Assembly (NCBI GenBank): GCA_046075485.1
Contig: JBJTQF010000129.1
Location: 1,824-65,823 of the forward strand
Source: Myxococcota bacterium
GTDB lineage: Bacteria; Myxococcota_A; UBA796; JAJRTE01; JBJTQF01
Length of the DNA: 64,000 nucleotides
Direction of reading: 5' to 3'
Shown here: positions 47,990 through 56,862 of the stretch, piece by piece
How positions within the stretch are numbered: position 1 is the first letter of the stretch
Layout: each line of letters starts with the position of its first letter
Notes under the pieces: generated by a model
Databases searched by the model: none
What the model was told of the DNA's origin: nothing
Seen by the model: only the letters and a program-made list of their open reading frames with translations
Position numbers and translations under genes: made by a program

Positions 47990-50289
47990 GAGCGTGATCC
48001 TCCCTGAGAGCGTGGAGCCGGGGTAGCGTCAGCGCGACGTGTCGCCGGGTGATCGGAGCGTCGGTCACCTGAATGTCGGTCTTTCTCCACCGCTTGATGG
48101 TAGGTGAAGGCCCGTGTGAGAAAGGTTGTATACAGTCTCCAGCCATAGACTCGTAAGGGGTCGTCGTCCTCTGCGATGCTATTCATGGCGGCTTCGGCCC
48201 CACCAATGACGGACTGGACCAGCTTGAGATTCCAGCCGGTGGTTCTTTCTCCCCGTCCTGCCTGATAGCGGAGGTAATTTTTAATCTCGGCCTCTACTTC
48301 TGCTTGGCTACAGATGCCGATGAGATGATTAAACTGGCTCTTATTGGGGGTTCCCTTGCGCTCTGAGTTGAACGCCTCCTCCATGACCCGCTCGGCCTCC
48401 ACGACCAAGTGCTTCCGATAAGGTCTGATGCGGCTGTCCAAGTCTGAGCCTTCCAGCGGGCTGGACTCCTGCTTGTCTGAGGAGAGGTGTCTGCTGTCCA
48501 TGTCGTCTCCTTGTGTAAAAAACGGATCGTAAATCAAGAGCTGACCAAAACCTTGATGACGTCTGTCACCACTTCCAGACGCCTCCAAGTGGGCCAGCCG
48601 TTCGAGCATGTTCTTTTCATCGAGCTGAGCAGGGAAACGCACCACAAAGACGGCTCCCGCTGCGACAGCCTGGACACAGGTCATCTGACCGCTGCGCTGG
48701 TCCCAGCTCCCTTCCCGACTAAAACGACGCTGAGAAAGGAAGAGCTCAGCGCCCAGGTCTTGAGCAATACTCTGCGCGCCATCTCCCCCATCCAGCGGGA
48801 TCAGCGGCGAGAGCAACGTGATGGGCACCAGTCGGCTGGACTGTTTTTCATCCAGCTTGAGCTTCTTCAACAGCTCACGCAGCTTTTGTTGGAACTGTTG
48901 ACGCCGCTCCACCAGCGGCTTCCAGCGGGGTGGCTCGAGCACCTCCACCTGAACCTGCCCCCAGCCGTGAGCACTTCCACGCCCCAGGGCCCGCAAGGAG
49001 TTCAACCCCTGGGCCAGTCGAACGCGGCTCTCCGCAGGAATCTGGCGGATGGAGCCTTCAAAAACAGCTCCCGGCTGAAGCTGCTCCTGACAAAAGAGCT
49101 GCTCGTGGGCTGCGGCATCGCGACCACGATCCAGCGACACTCGAGTACGGGTCTGAGTCGAGGGAGCACTGCGATGGGTACGCCAGCCGTGTGCGTTCCG
49201 CAGCGGCGCGCCACATGTACACGTCAAGCTCCGGATTCGGCTGAGGCGGTTCATCTGCTCGGGCTGCTCGATGAGGGTTGCCGCCATCAGCTCCAGCAGA
49301 GAATCCCGAAGTTTATGTGTTCGTCCCGCTTGTTTACAGAGCATGGCGGTGATCGGAAGGGGGCCCGGCACGCTGTGCGGAAAAACACACGGCTCGGTGG
49401 GGTGCAGAAAGCCAAAGTGAGCACCAGAATTTGCAACCAGTGCTTGAAATGCAGCATCCGCATTAGGATCAAGCGCTTGTGCATTCAGGATCTCCGCGAG
49501 GGTAAACCCAACGGCCCCTCGGAGTGTGCTGCCAGGCACATCCAGCCGACACTCGAGCAGGTTACGCTCACTGACGGGCGCTGCCAATGCAGTCGGCGAG
49601 CGTAGGGTCACGCGCACACTCACGGCGTCGGGAGAGGGAAGCGTAAGGTGCGGTTCAGATGGCGGGGAACACAGCTCGAGCTGGAGCTCGGCGCGTGCCA
49701 TGCCTCGGCTTCTTCCACTGCCGATATGGGTGGTCGCTCGAACGGCGGCCTTGAGATGAAACAGAAGCTGCTCATCCTTGAGGCACCCAGTCGCCTCAAA
49801 ACGGAGCTGGCGGCGAGAGGGCACCCGCTGCATGAAGAGTCGCTGCTCCTCTGCCGAACGAGACGCCCGAGAGCGCCCGAGACCAGGGCGCGTCATCCAG
49901 CCGGGCTCTGTCTGACAATGTGCATCATGCAGATCAAGGGCAGAAAAACGGAGGGATTGTGCGGGTAAATCTTCACGCTGGCCACCAAACAGACGGCAGG
50001 GCACACAAGGCCGTCCATTCTCGAGGGTACAGGGTTGAGCAGCTTGGAGGCTTCCGTAGGGGACACCGGTTCCGCCTGCGCAGACGGGAGCGGGCTGGTC
50101 GGGTGAGGCCATTCCTCTCAGCAGTGCCTCCAGGGATTGGCGGAGGGCTCCTCGGATGGCGGTGGCAGGGATAAAGGCCCTTCCATCCTGAGCGGCGTGC
50201 ATGATATGAACTCCAGCGGGGGCTGCGGACACACCGCCGATCAACAGTCCTCCACTGGGAAAGGTGAGCGTGAGCTTAAGCTGTTTCAT
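47986..50289 (-). CDS. Large (767 aa) fusion protein with two RAMP domains (Cas7/Cas5-like) and a C-terminal helical extension
   Basis: RAMP 1: FIPATAIRGALRQSLEALL, CVPCRLFGG, GSGRSRGMARAEL. RAMP 2: LDVPGSTLRGAVGFTLAE, LGRGSAHGWGQVQVEV. About 230-aa helical C-terminus. ATGA overlaps at both ends. Confidence 0.7.
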   Translation of the reverse strand: MKQLKLTLTFPSGGLLIGGVSAAPAGVHIMHAAQDGRAFIPATAIRGALRQSLEALLRGMASPDQPAPVCAGGTGVPYGSLQAAQPCTLENGRPCVPCRLFGGQREDLPAQSLRFSALDLHDAHCQTEPGWMTRPGLGRSRASRSAEEQRLFMQRVPSRRQLRFEATGCLKDEQLLFHLKAAVRATTHIGSGRSRGMARAELQLELCSPPSEPHLTLPSPDAVSVRVTLRSPTALAAPVSERNLLECRLDVPGSTLRGAVGFTLAEILNAQALDPNADAAFQALVANSGAHFGFLHPTEPCVFPHSVPGPLPITAMLCKQAGRTHKLRDSLLELMAATLIEQPEQMNRLSRIRSLTCTCGAPLRNAHGWRTHRSAPSTQTRTRVSLDRGRDAAAHEQLFCQEQLQPGAVFEGSIRQIPAESRVRLAQGLNSLRALGRGSAHGWGQVQVEVLEPPRWKPLVERRQQFQQKLRELLKKLKLDEKQSSRLVPITLLSPLIPLDGGDGAQSIAQDLGAELFLSQRRFSREGSWDQRSGQMTCVQAVAAGAVFVVRFPAQLDEKNMLERLAHLEASGSGDRRHQGFGQLLIYDPFFTQGDDMDSRHLSSDKQESSPLEGSDLDSRIRPYRKHLVVEAERVMEEAFNSERKGTPNKSQFNHLIGICSQAEVEAEIKNYLRYQAGRGERTTGWNLKLVQSVIGGAEAAMNSIAEDDDPLRVYGWRLYTTFLTRAFTYHQAVEKDRHSGDRRSDHPATRRADATPAPRSQGGSRS

Positions 50290-51818
50290 GGGATCTTCTC
50301 CAGGAGTCGAGCCAGGGTGAGCAGTCCAGGCTTGGGCATGTCGTCGATCATCACCTCTTTCTGCTTCCAGTCGGCGCCAATGCTGGCAAAATAGTGCTTC
50401 CAGCTCTCCGAGCGGGCCACCTGGTAGCGGAATTGGTTATGCGCTTCTTCCATCACCTCTGCTCGATGGATGTCTGCCAACCAGCTCCGTTGGGAGGACT
50501 GCACCCTCTTGAGGGCCTCTGCTCCGATGCGGGTCTGTTTCCAGTCATCGGCATCCAGGGAGAATGGATGTCCGTTGCGGTAGAGGTCCAGTGTTTGTGC
50601 TTCGATGCGGAGCTCTCCTGCGGTCATCAGTGCCACCTCCAACCCGCTGCGCCAGCCTCCTTCGCGGCATCCTTGTTTAGCGTGGTCCTCGAGCTGATGT
50701 GCCAAGCTCAGCAGGCGGGAAGCGGGAAAGGCACCGTTGGCGATGAGCAATCCGACGCCCAGCCCTGCTGCTTTCAGTGTGTTTTTTGCTCCGGTCTCTT
50801 CCAAGACGCTGTATTTACCCACAGAACTTAGAATCTCTGCTGCGTCTGTCAGTCCTTCTTCAATGGTTTGAGTCAGACATAGCACGTAGGTCAGACTGTC
50901 TTTGGGTGCGAGGAAGGCTCTCACATCGTCGCCTCCAGAGGCCACCGAGATGAGGGCATTCCCAACGGCGGCAGCCGCTTTTGTTTGTGCGCCGGCAAAG
51001 ATCTCTCCGACAAGCGCGGACACCGTGGCACACAACTCCAGCGTCGAGAGGCTCGAGAACAACTGTCCCAGGTTATTGCCATCCGCTGAGACCACAGCCA
51101 CCTGCTGATCTGGCGAGAGCTCGATCAGCGAGCCCTGTTTGACGGACTTCCCGCTGAGCCGAATGAAGGCGTCACAGCGAGGACAGATGAGCTCATGGCG
51201 CGCGTCGGGGCGCGGAGAGGGGACAGTCCCTTTGAAGGCATGGCAATCTGCGCAGGCGTCTGCTCGTGAGGTGGGAAGCTCACCGCCGGGAACGGTGGCT
51301 CCATCTTTGGCCAGCTCAAGCCGCGTCCGCAACAGCTCCAGGCAGGATTTGGCGCTTTTCGTATCGTAGGGGGACGAGGCTGTCGCCAGGACGCCCCCGA
51401 AGCTCTGCTCAAAGAAGGTGTGCTTGAGCTCATGCTGAAGCTGTTTCGCTTTGTCCTCTGACGAAGCGAGCAGCATGCCACGGCCTCCGGCGGCGAAGAT
51501 GGCCCCTGCTCTCTTCCGTTGTTGTGTGTCAAACTGCTTCAGCCACTGGCTGGCACCGTACATGGCAATCGGGCGACTATTGGCGGCAATGAGAGACTGA
51601 ATTCCATTGACATCGTAGGCCACCAGCCACGGACGCGCTCCGGCTTGCTGGATGGCCTTACGTGTGTTGGCCTCCGTCTTCTTGCAGAGGGATTTGAGAT
51701 CTGAGCTCAAGCATGCTCCTCCTGTTGAGGGTCGTGATGGTCCCGCAGTGTGGCCTGACGGGTATCTCGATGGAGGGATTGCACGCTGAGTCGGAAGAAG
51801 CTGACACCTGCTCGTCAC
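50286..51818 (-). CDS. cas10: Cas10-like large subunit lacking an HD domain (palm/cyclase domains with GGDD; treble-clef zinc finger)
   Basis: LVAYDVNGIQSL (palm 1), CADCHAF...ICPRCD zinc finger, VVSADGNNLGQLF and ISVASGGDDV (palm 2 GGDD), helical C-terminal domain. No H..HD motif at the N-terminus. The start is uncertain (GTG at 51818, no good RBS). Confidence 0.65.
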   Translation of the reverse strand: MTSRCQLLPTQRAIPPSRYPSGHTAGPSRPSTGGACLSSDLKSLCKKTEANTRKAIQQAGARPWLVAYDVNGIQSLIAANSRPIAMYGASQWLKQFDTQQRKRAGAIFAAGGRGMLLASSEDKAKQLQHELKHTFFEQSFGGVLATASSPYDTKSAKSCLELLRTRLELAKDGATVPGGELPTSRADACADCHAFKGTVPSPRPDARHELICPRCDAFIRLSGKSVKQGSLIELSPDQQVAVVSADGNNLGQLFSSLSTLELCATVSALVGEIFAGAQTKAAAAVGNALISVASGGDDVRAFLAPKDSLTYVLCLTQTIEEGLTDAAEILSSVGKYSVLEETGAKNTLKAAGLGVGLLIANGAFPASRLLSLAHQLEDHAKQGCREGGWRSGLEVALMTAGELRIEAQTLDLYRNGHPFSLDADDWKQTRIGAEALKRVQSSQRSWLADIHRAEVMEEAHNQFRYQVARSESWKHYFASIGADWKQKEVMIDDMPKPGLLTLARLLEKIP

Positions 51819-52006
51819 TTTTTTTGGGGGAGACGCCAGAATCGACGCTGCGCACTCTTTCCGCGCAGGCTGCGAGGTGGGAAAACGTAGGTGGCTGCCT
51901 CAGACGTAGGCTGGTTACGGTGGCTTAGAGACTCACGCCGAAGCAGGGGTGTGTTTCCCCGACAGCTTCGGGCGTATGAGGAGCGGATGGATGCCGGAAG
52001 CCCCCC

Positions 52007-52531
52007 TCACTTACACCGTTGAGCACTGCACGCTTGGCTCAGCGCCGTCACCCCTGCCTGCCCTGCCGGAGAGCGTGCTTCTTCGGCCAGGAGCCGGTGA
52101 CGCCAGCACGCCACACGTTTCATCGTCTGGCGGTCCCAACGCTCCCAGTCTTGTTTGTACTTGATGCGCTGGTACTCCACCCCGCGATCCGCTGGCAGCC
52201 CCTCTCGACTGTTGCCATCCCAGCTATGAGATCTCAACGCAATTAGTTTGTCTTTATCGATCACCATCACCACATGCCCTGCCCCTCGCCCTTCGTCCCG
52301 GTAGACCAGCACATCCCCTGCCAGAAGCGGCTTATCGGCGGGACACTGCTCAAAGTGACGAGCCAGCGCGCTGTTATTTCCCACCATCCCTGCCGTCGCC
52401 ACATACCGGTCCTCCGGCGTGTACGGCAGACCTGCCCGTGTGAAGGCAAACCAGCTCGCCCGCGAACAATCAATCCCGCGTGACAGGTTGATGGCATCCG
52501 AGCTCCCGCTCCAGCCGAGTGGTAGGCGCAC
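52007..52531 (-). CDS. NlpC/P60 (C40 peptidase)-like protein
   Basis: GIDCSRASWFAF...LPYTP (Cys motif), GDVLVY...GHVVMVI (His motif) follow the NlpC/P60 Cys-His pattern. No signal peptide. Confidence 0.4.
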   Translation of the reverse strand: MRLPLGWSGSSDAINLSRGIDCSRASWFAFTRAGLPYTPEDRYVATAGMVGNNSALARHFEQCPADKPLLAGDVLVYRDEGRGAGHVVMVIDKDKLIALRSHSWDGNSREGLPADRGVEYQRIKYKQDWERWDRQTMKRVACWRHRLLAEEARSPAGQAGVTALSQACSAQRCK

Positions 52532-52777
52532 CCTCCGCTCGCCGGACTTTCATCCGGTGGATGCTCGAGCGGATGCGCTCGCTGAAAGCCGGAGCCTCCC
52601 CCCGGTCGAAAAAGGTTGATTTCCGACCCGTGTTTAAACATCCTCCCCTGTCATACCAAGGCACTCGGTTCTTTCCAACGCCGAGCACCGCCTCACACCT
52701 GCCTGCTTCGAGGAGCCCCCACGGAGCAGGCCCCCACGGAGCAGGCCCCCACGTTCGTCATGTGATCAGGAGGCTTT

Positions 52778-54274
52778 ATGAGGATCCCACTCTTGTGCTC
52801 GCTGGTGATAGGTCTGCTGAGTGCGGGTGATTCAGCCCCTTGCCAAGCGGCACCCGGTCCTTCGGCCACGCAGCAGCTTCAGGCACTTTCCCCACTTTCC
52901 GCCAGCAATACATCCATCGTGGATGCCGCAGGAGCTCCCGTGATGCTCCGAGGTGTCAACCTGGGGAGCTGGATCTACAATGAAGCCTGGATCAGCGCCA
53001 TCGACTATCCCTTGCATGGCCGCTTGGCGGTGCTCGGCGAGCAGACGGGCCTGAGCGCCCCGGTCAAAGAAACCCTCGTCGAGCTTGGCCCCTTCGAGAG
53101 TGGCTCCGAAGCCGAATATCTGGCCGCCTTTGAGACCGCCTTGAGCACTCGGGTCTCTGTCGCCGAAGCGCAAGCCCTGACCGAGCAGGCGCTAGATTAT
53201 CCGGTGATTTACGACGATGCGGACCTGAAGCTCCTGGACATGCTGGAGCAGACCTACGGCTTGGATGGACGAGAGGCCATTTATACATCTTTCCTTCAGT
53301 CCTGGATCACTCAATTTGACATTCAGTTTATCGCTGGGTTGGGCATGAATGTGGTGCGGGTGCCAATGGGCTATCGTATGCTCCTCGACCTACCCGCTGC
53401 GGCCAAACCCTCTGCTCCATTGAGATTTCGGGCTTCAACCTTCCAGGCGCTCGACCAGCTCTTAACCTGGTGTGAGCAGGCGGGCATCTATGCGGTGCTC
53501 GATATTCAGGAGGCGCCCGGCGGACAAAATGAATACTCGGGGCCCAGCACCCTCTACACGGACCCCGAGATGCAGCAGCTTACCGTGGAGCTCTGGCTCG
53601 AGCTCTCTCGGCGATACAAGAGCCGGAATGTGGTGGCCGCCTACAGCCTGCTCGCGGAACCTTATAGCGCCCCGGACGTTGAGACCATGATGGCGATGTA
53701 CGACAAGCTCTATGATGCCATCCGAGCGACGGGCGACAACCACTTGCTGGTGATCCACGACGGCTTTAAGGGGATGAACAAGCTGCCTGCGCCCAGCACA
53801 TATGGTTGGAAAAATGTCCTGTACTCCACCCATCTCTTTGAGTGGGGGGCCAAACCCTACGCGGCTTGGAAGACGGTGATCAAGGCCACGGAGACCGCCT
53901 TTAAGAAGGCCCAGGCGAAGCAGAATGTTCCATACTTTGTGGGTTCCTTCTCCACCATGTACGATGAAGACGCGGCATATCGCGCCTTTCGAGACTACTT
54001 GACGACCTTCGATACCAACAAGTGGTCATGGGCGATGTGGACGTATAAGCGCATCGATGACCCGCTGGAGTACGAATATTACGGGACCACCACCGCGTGG
54101 GGCATCTGGCAACGCCTCAACGAGACAGCGGACTGGCAGCGGGCGGATCTCTATCTGGATGGGGAGAGCCTCCTGGTAGAGAAGCTGAGCGGCTATACCA
54201 CGGAGAAGATGCTCCTCAACAACCGGCTCTACACGCTGCTGAGTGATCACTTACGCACACCATCTGTACACTGA
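52778..54274 (+). CDS. Secreted glycoside hydrolase family 5 protein (exo-beta-1,3-glucanase-like)
   Basis: Signal peptide. RGVNLGSW, VLDIQEAPGGQNEYSG, LLAEPYS (NEP-type acid/base position), HLFEWG motifs are consistent with GH5. Confidence 0.6.
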   Translation: MRIPLLCSLVIGLLSAGDSAPCQAAPGPSATQQLQALSPLSASNTSIVDAAGAPVMLRGVNLGSWIYNEAWISAIDYPLHGRLAVLGEQTGLSAPVKETLVELGPFESGSEAEYLAAFETALSTRVSVAEAQALTEQALDYPVIYDDADLKLLDMLEQTYGLDGREAIYTSFLQSWITQFDIQFIAGLGMNVVRVPMGYRMLLDLPAAAKPSAPLRFRASTFQALDQLLTWCEQAGIYAVLDIQEAPGGQNEYSGPSTLYTDPEMQQLTVELWLELSRRYKSRNVVAAYSLLAEPYSAPDVETMMAMYDKLYDAIRATGDNHLLVIHDGFKGMNKLPAPSTYGWKNVLYSTHLFEWGAKPYAAWKTVIKATETAFKKAQAKQNVPYFVGSFSTMYDEDAAYRAFRDYLTTFDTNKWSWAMWTYKRIDDPLEYEYYGTTTAWGIWQRLNETADWQRADLYLDGESLLVEKLSGYTTEKMLLNNRLYTLLSDHLRTPSVH

Positions 54275-54296
54275 GGCGCGCTCTGGCGGAGGGCTG

Positions 54297-55295
54297 CTAC
54301 TGCTCCACCTGTTGCAAAGGTGCGATCCCCCAAAACATCACCACCTCCTCACCATCCTCACGCGCTGCCGCCTGAGCCTCCAGCCGATCCAGCTCCTGAA
54401 CCGTCACATCTCGATGCCAGGGAATGAAGGTCGCCAAGTCCGCCTTCGAGATCCGCGCAATCACCGCTCGCTGCCCAAGCTTCCGCTCAGGACGATCCAG
54501 CACCGACTTCATATAGTCCCGAATTTTACGAAACAGGTCCAAGTGCCCGGCGCGAAAGCGTTCCTTCGGATGGCTCAGCACCAGAGAATGCACCCCCGGA
54601 CGGCTCGACCAGCGCGCAGGCACACGCCGTCTTGCCTCCGTCACCTCCAAGTACCCCGCCCGTTGCAGAAAAACAAGCTGCGCCTGGAGCCGCTCCAGCC
54701 CGAGCACCTTCAGCTCCGGCGACTTGAGGAGCTGCTCGGCACTCATCGGGCGCGCGTGGAGCCGCTGCATGATGTGCAGATGCAGCAGATATTCCTGCTC
54801 CAGCTCCGAGAGCGGCTTCTGCCAGTCCTTCAAGTCAGAAGAGGCAAGCTGGTAACGAAGGTGATGACTGCCCTCTCGCCGAATCAGCCTCCGCGCTTCC
54901 AAGAGCGTCAGACCAATCTGGATGTCCTCCAGCTCGGTGCTTTTGTTAAACGCCTCAAGCAGCGCCCGCTCGGTCTGAGCCCCGGACTCCAGCACGGTGA
55001 TGAGCTTTCGCAGAATGGCCCCCTGCTGCACACTGGCCGCCTCCTTTTGTAAGGTCCGGCTCGCCTGCGCCAAGAGCTTGACCGCCCCTTCACTGTATTC
55101 AAGCTGAATGCTCATCTCTCGCTGCGTGCGATGTTCGGCCTCCAGCTCCCGAAACATCGCCACCTGAAGCAAGCGCACCAGGTTTTTGCCAGAGCCTTGA
55201 TTGGAGCGCAGCGCCACATACACCGCAACCCGCAAGATCTCTATGATGAGCGCCTGCCAATACGTAGAAGGTTGATCGGTCAGCACTTTGGGCAT
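54297..55295 (-). CDS. Hypothetical protein
   Basis: 332-aa ORF, helical, no recognised motif. Confidence 0.35.
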   Translation of the reverse strand: MPKVLTDQPSTYWQALIIEILRVAVYVALRSNQGSGKNLVRLLQVAMFRELEAEHRTQREMSIQLEYSEGAVKLLAQASRTLQKEAASVQQGAILRKLITVLESGAQTERALLEAFNKSTELEDIQIGLTLLEARRLIRREGSHHLRYQLASSDLKDWQKPLSELEQEYLLHLHIMQRLHARPMSAEQLLKSPELKVLGLERLQAQLVFLQRAGYLEVTEARRRVPARWSSRPGVHSLVLSHPKERFRAGHLDLFRKIRDYMKSVLDRPERKLGQRAVIARISKADLATFIPWHRDVTVQELDRLEAQAAAREDGEEVVMFWGIAPLQQVEQ

Positions 55296-55318
55296 AAAAC
55301 ATCCTCATCGAGCACCGT

Positions 55319-55594
55319 TTACGAAGGATCAGAGGTTACACTCAGGCGATTATTGACACGATCTGAAGGAACGTCAAAGAGAATCCACGGTGGGTCAGAC
55401 ACGCTGGGGAGAGGTTGACAGGAAAAGACGATGCAGCTCAGCCCATCCTCACCTGCCCCGGACTCCAGCAACCCATCCTCACCCGCCCCGGACTCCAGCA
55501 GCCCATGCTCGAGAACGCCCGCCCGTGCGTGCGTGGAGGTCATGACAACAATGGTCATCATCAGGAAAAGTGTCAGCTTAAAAGTTCGGATCAT
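55319..55594 (-). CDS. Small secreted protein with a tandem-repeated GLLESGAGED motif
   Basis: Trimmed to MIRTFKLTLFLMMTIVVMTSTHARA (signal peptide). The repeat is encoded by a 2.4 x 30-bp DNA tandem repeat at 55441-55513. Confidence 0.3.
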   Translation of the reverse strand: MIRTFKLTLFLMMTIVVMTSTHARAGVLEHGLLESGAGEDGLLESGAGEDGLSCIVFSCQPLPSVSDPPWILFDVPSDRVNNRLSVTSDPS

Positions 55595-56052
55595 CACAGT
55601 GCCTCTCATCGCGACCGAGGATTTCCCAAGCATGGGAGATGTCCTCGCCAGTCCCAATGACCCGTCCCCTTCGGAGGTGCCGGAGCTTAGCGCCGGGCAA
55701 ACACCTCCCCCGCACCCGTCCGCTGTTCGTGCGGAGGGCCTCAGCGTGGGCTCGAGCCATCAGGTTGGGGGTGAATATTCGGTCCAGTCTCATGTACGAC
55801 AGGCGGAAAGGACTGCCTTATGCAGCCCTTGAACCGAGCCACCGCTCGCCACGTCCGACACCACCAGCTCCCGGGAGGCCGTGTCGTGTCCGTCGCGTGT
55901 TGCGTACAGAGATGAATCTGAGAAATCCCGCCTTGCTGACGGCTCAGGGCCCAAAAGAGGAAAAAAGGTGTGATTTTTTTGGAAGGCACTTCAAGCACGC
56001 ACCCCGGCGCGCTTCACGAGGGCAGGCGCTCAGCAGTCACGGACGAAACACA

Positions 56053-56844
56053 TCACCACGCCACCTCACAACGAACAGCAGCAGGCTCAGGCAGCGGCTT
56101 ACTGCGCTGAAAGTCGGAGTACGCCTGAAGCACATCACTCAGCACTTGTTTCAGATCGCGCATCAACGAGAGCTGTAACAGACACTGCGCCCTGAGATCG
56201 GTTCGTGGAAGCACCGACTGCCCCAGCCGACGCTGAAGCACGGCGGCAGCCTGTCGATTGATCTTGTCTCGCTCCGCCTGCACTTTGTTTTCCTCCGAGA
56301 GCGCCGTCTGATCGTGTGCGACGTGGAGCCGCAGCCGGTTGATGTCCATATACTGATCGGTGTTAAACAGCTCGGCCACCCTGGGCACCTCATACCCATT
56401 GCCCAAGTTCCCCTTAAACAGCGGATTTCCGGGCCCCTGCCCCGCTGCCGGATTCTTCGGCGGATAGGTCCGATTATCCCGCGCCTCCACGAAGGCTTGA
56501 TGAAGGCCGAGGATCCACTCCTGGAATCCTTCAGGGCTGGAGGCCGCCCGTCTCAGCACACTGGCCAGCACCCGCGTGGTCTTCGGACCCACCGCAAACA
56601 GATATCGACCGACCTGGGCCTTCGCCGCCGTGTTGCAGTCGAACCAAAGATCCGCCAGCTTATCCGCCAGCACCCAGAGCTCCTGCGCCGCCATCCCCAG
56701 CGCCTGCTGCTGCGCCTGCTGCTGCCCCATCCGCTGAAAGACCGCCAGCTCCGCCGCCGTTGGTTGAAGCGGAATCTCCACTCGAGTCAGTATCACATCT
56801 CGACAGGAACCCTGGGCGAGCCCCGCAAAATATCCCTCCAACAC
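56053..56844 (-). CDS. Hypothetical protein (last gene of a four-gene operon)
   Basis: 263-aa ORF, Gln-rich. No motif recognised. Confidence 0.35.
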   Translation of the reverse strand: MLEGYFAGLAQGSCRDVILTRVEIPLQPTAAELAVFQRMGQQQAQQQALGMAAQELWVLADKLADLWFDCNTAAKAQVGRYLFAVGPKTTRVLASVLRRAASSPEGFQEWILGLHQAFVEARDNRTYPPKNPAAGQGPGNPLFKGNLGNGYEVPRVAELFNTDQYMDINRLRLHVAHDQTALSEENKVQAERDKINRQAAAVLQRRLGQSVLPRTDLRAQCLLQLSLMRDLKQVLSDVLQAYSDFQRSKPLPEPAAVRCEVAW

Positions 56845-56862
56845 TTCGGTATCACCACACCG

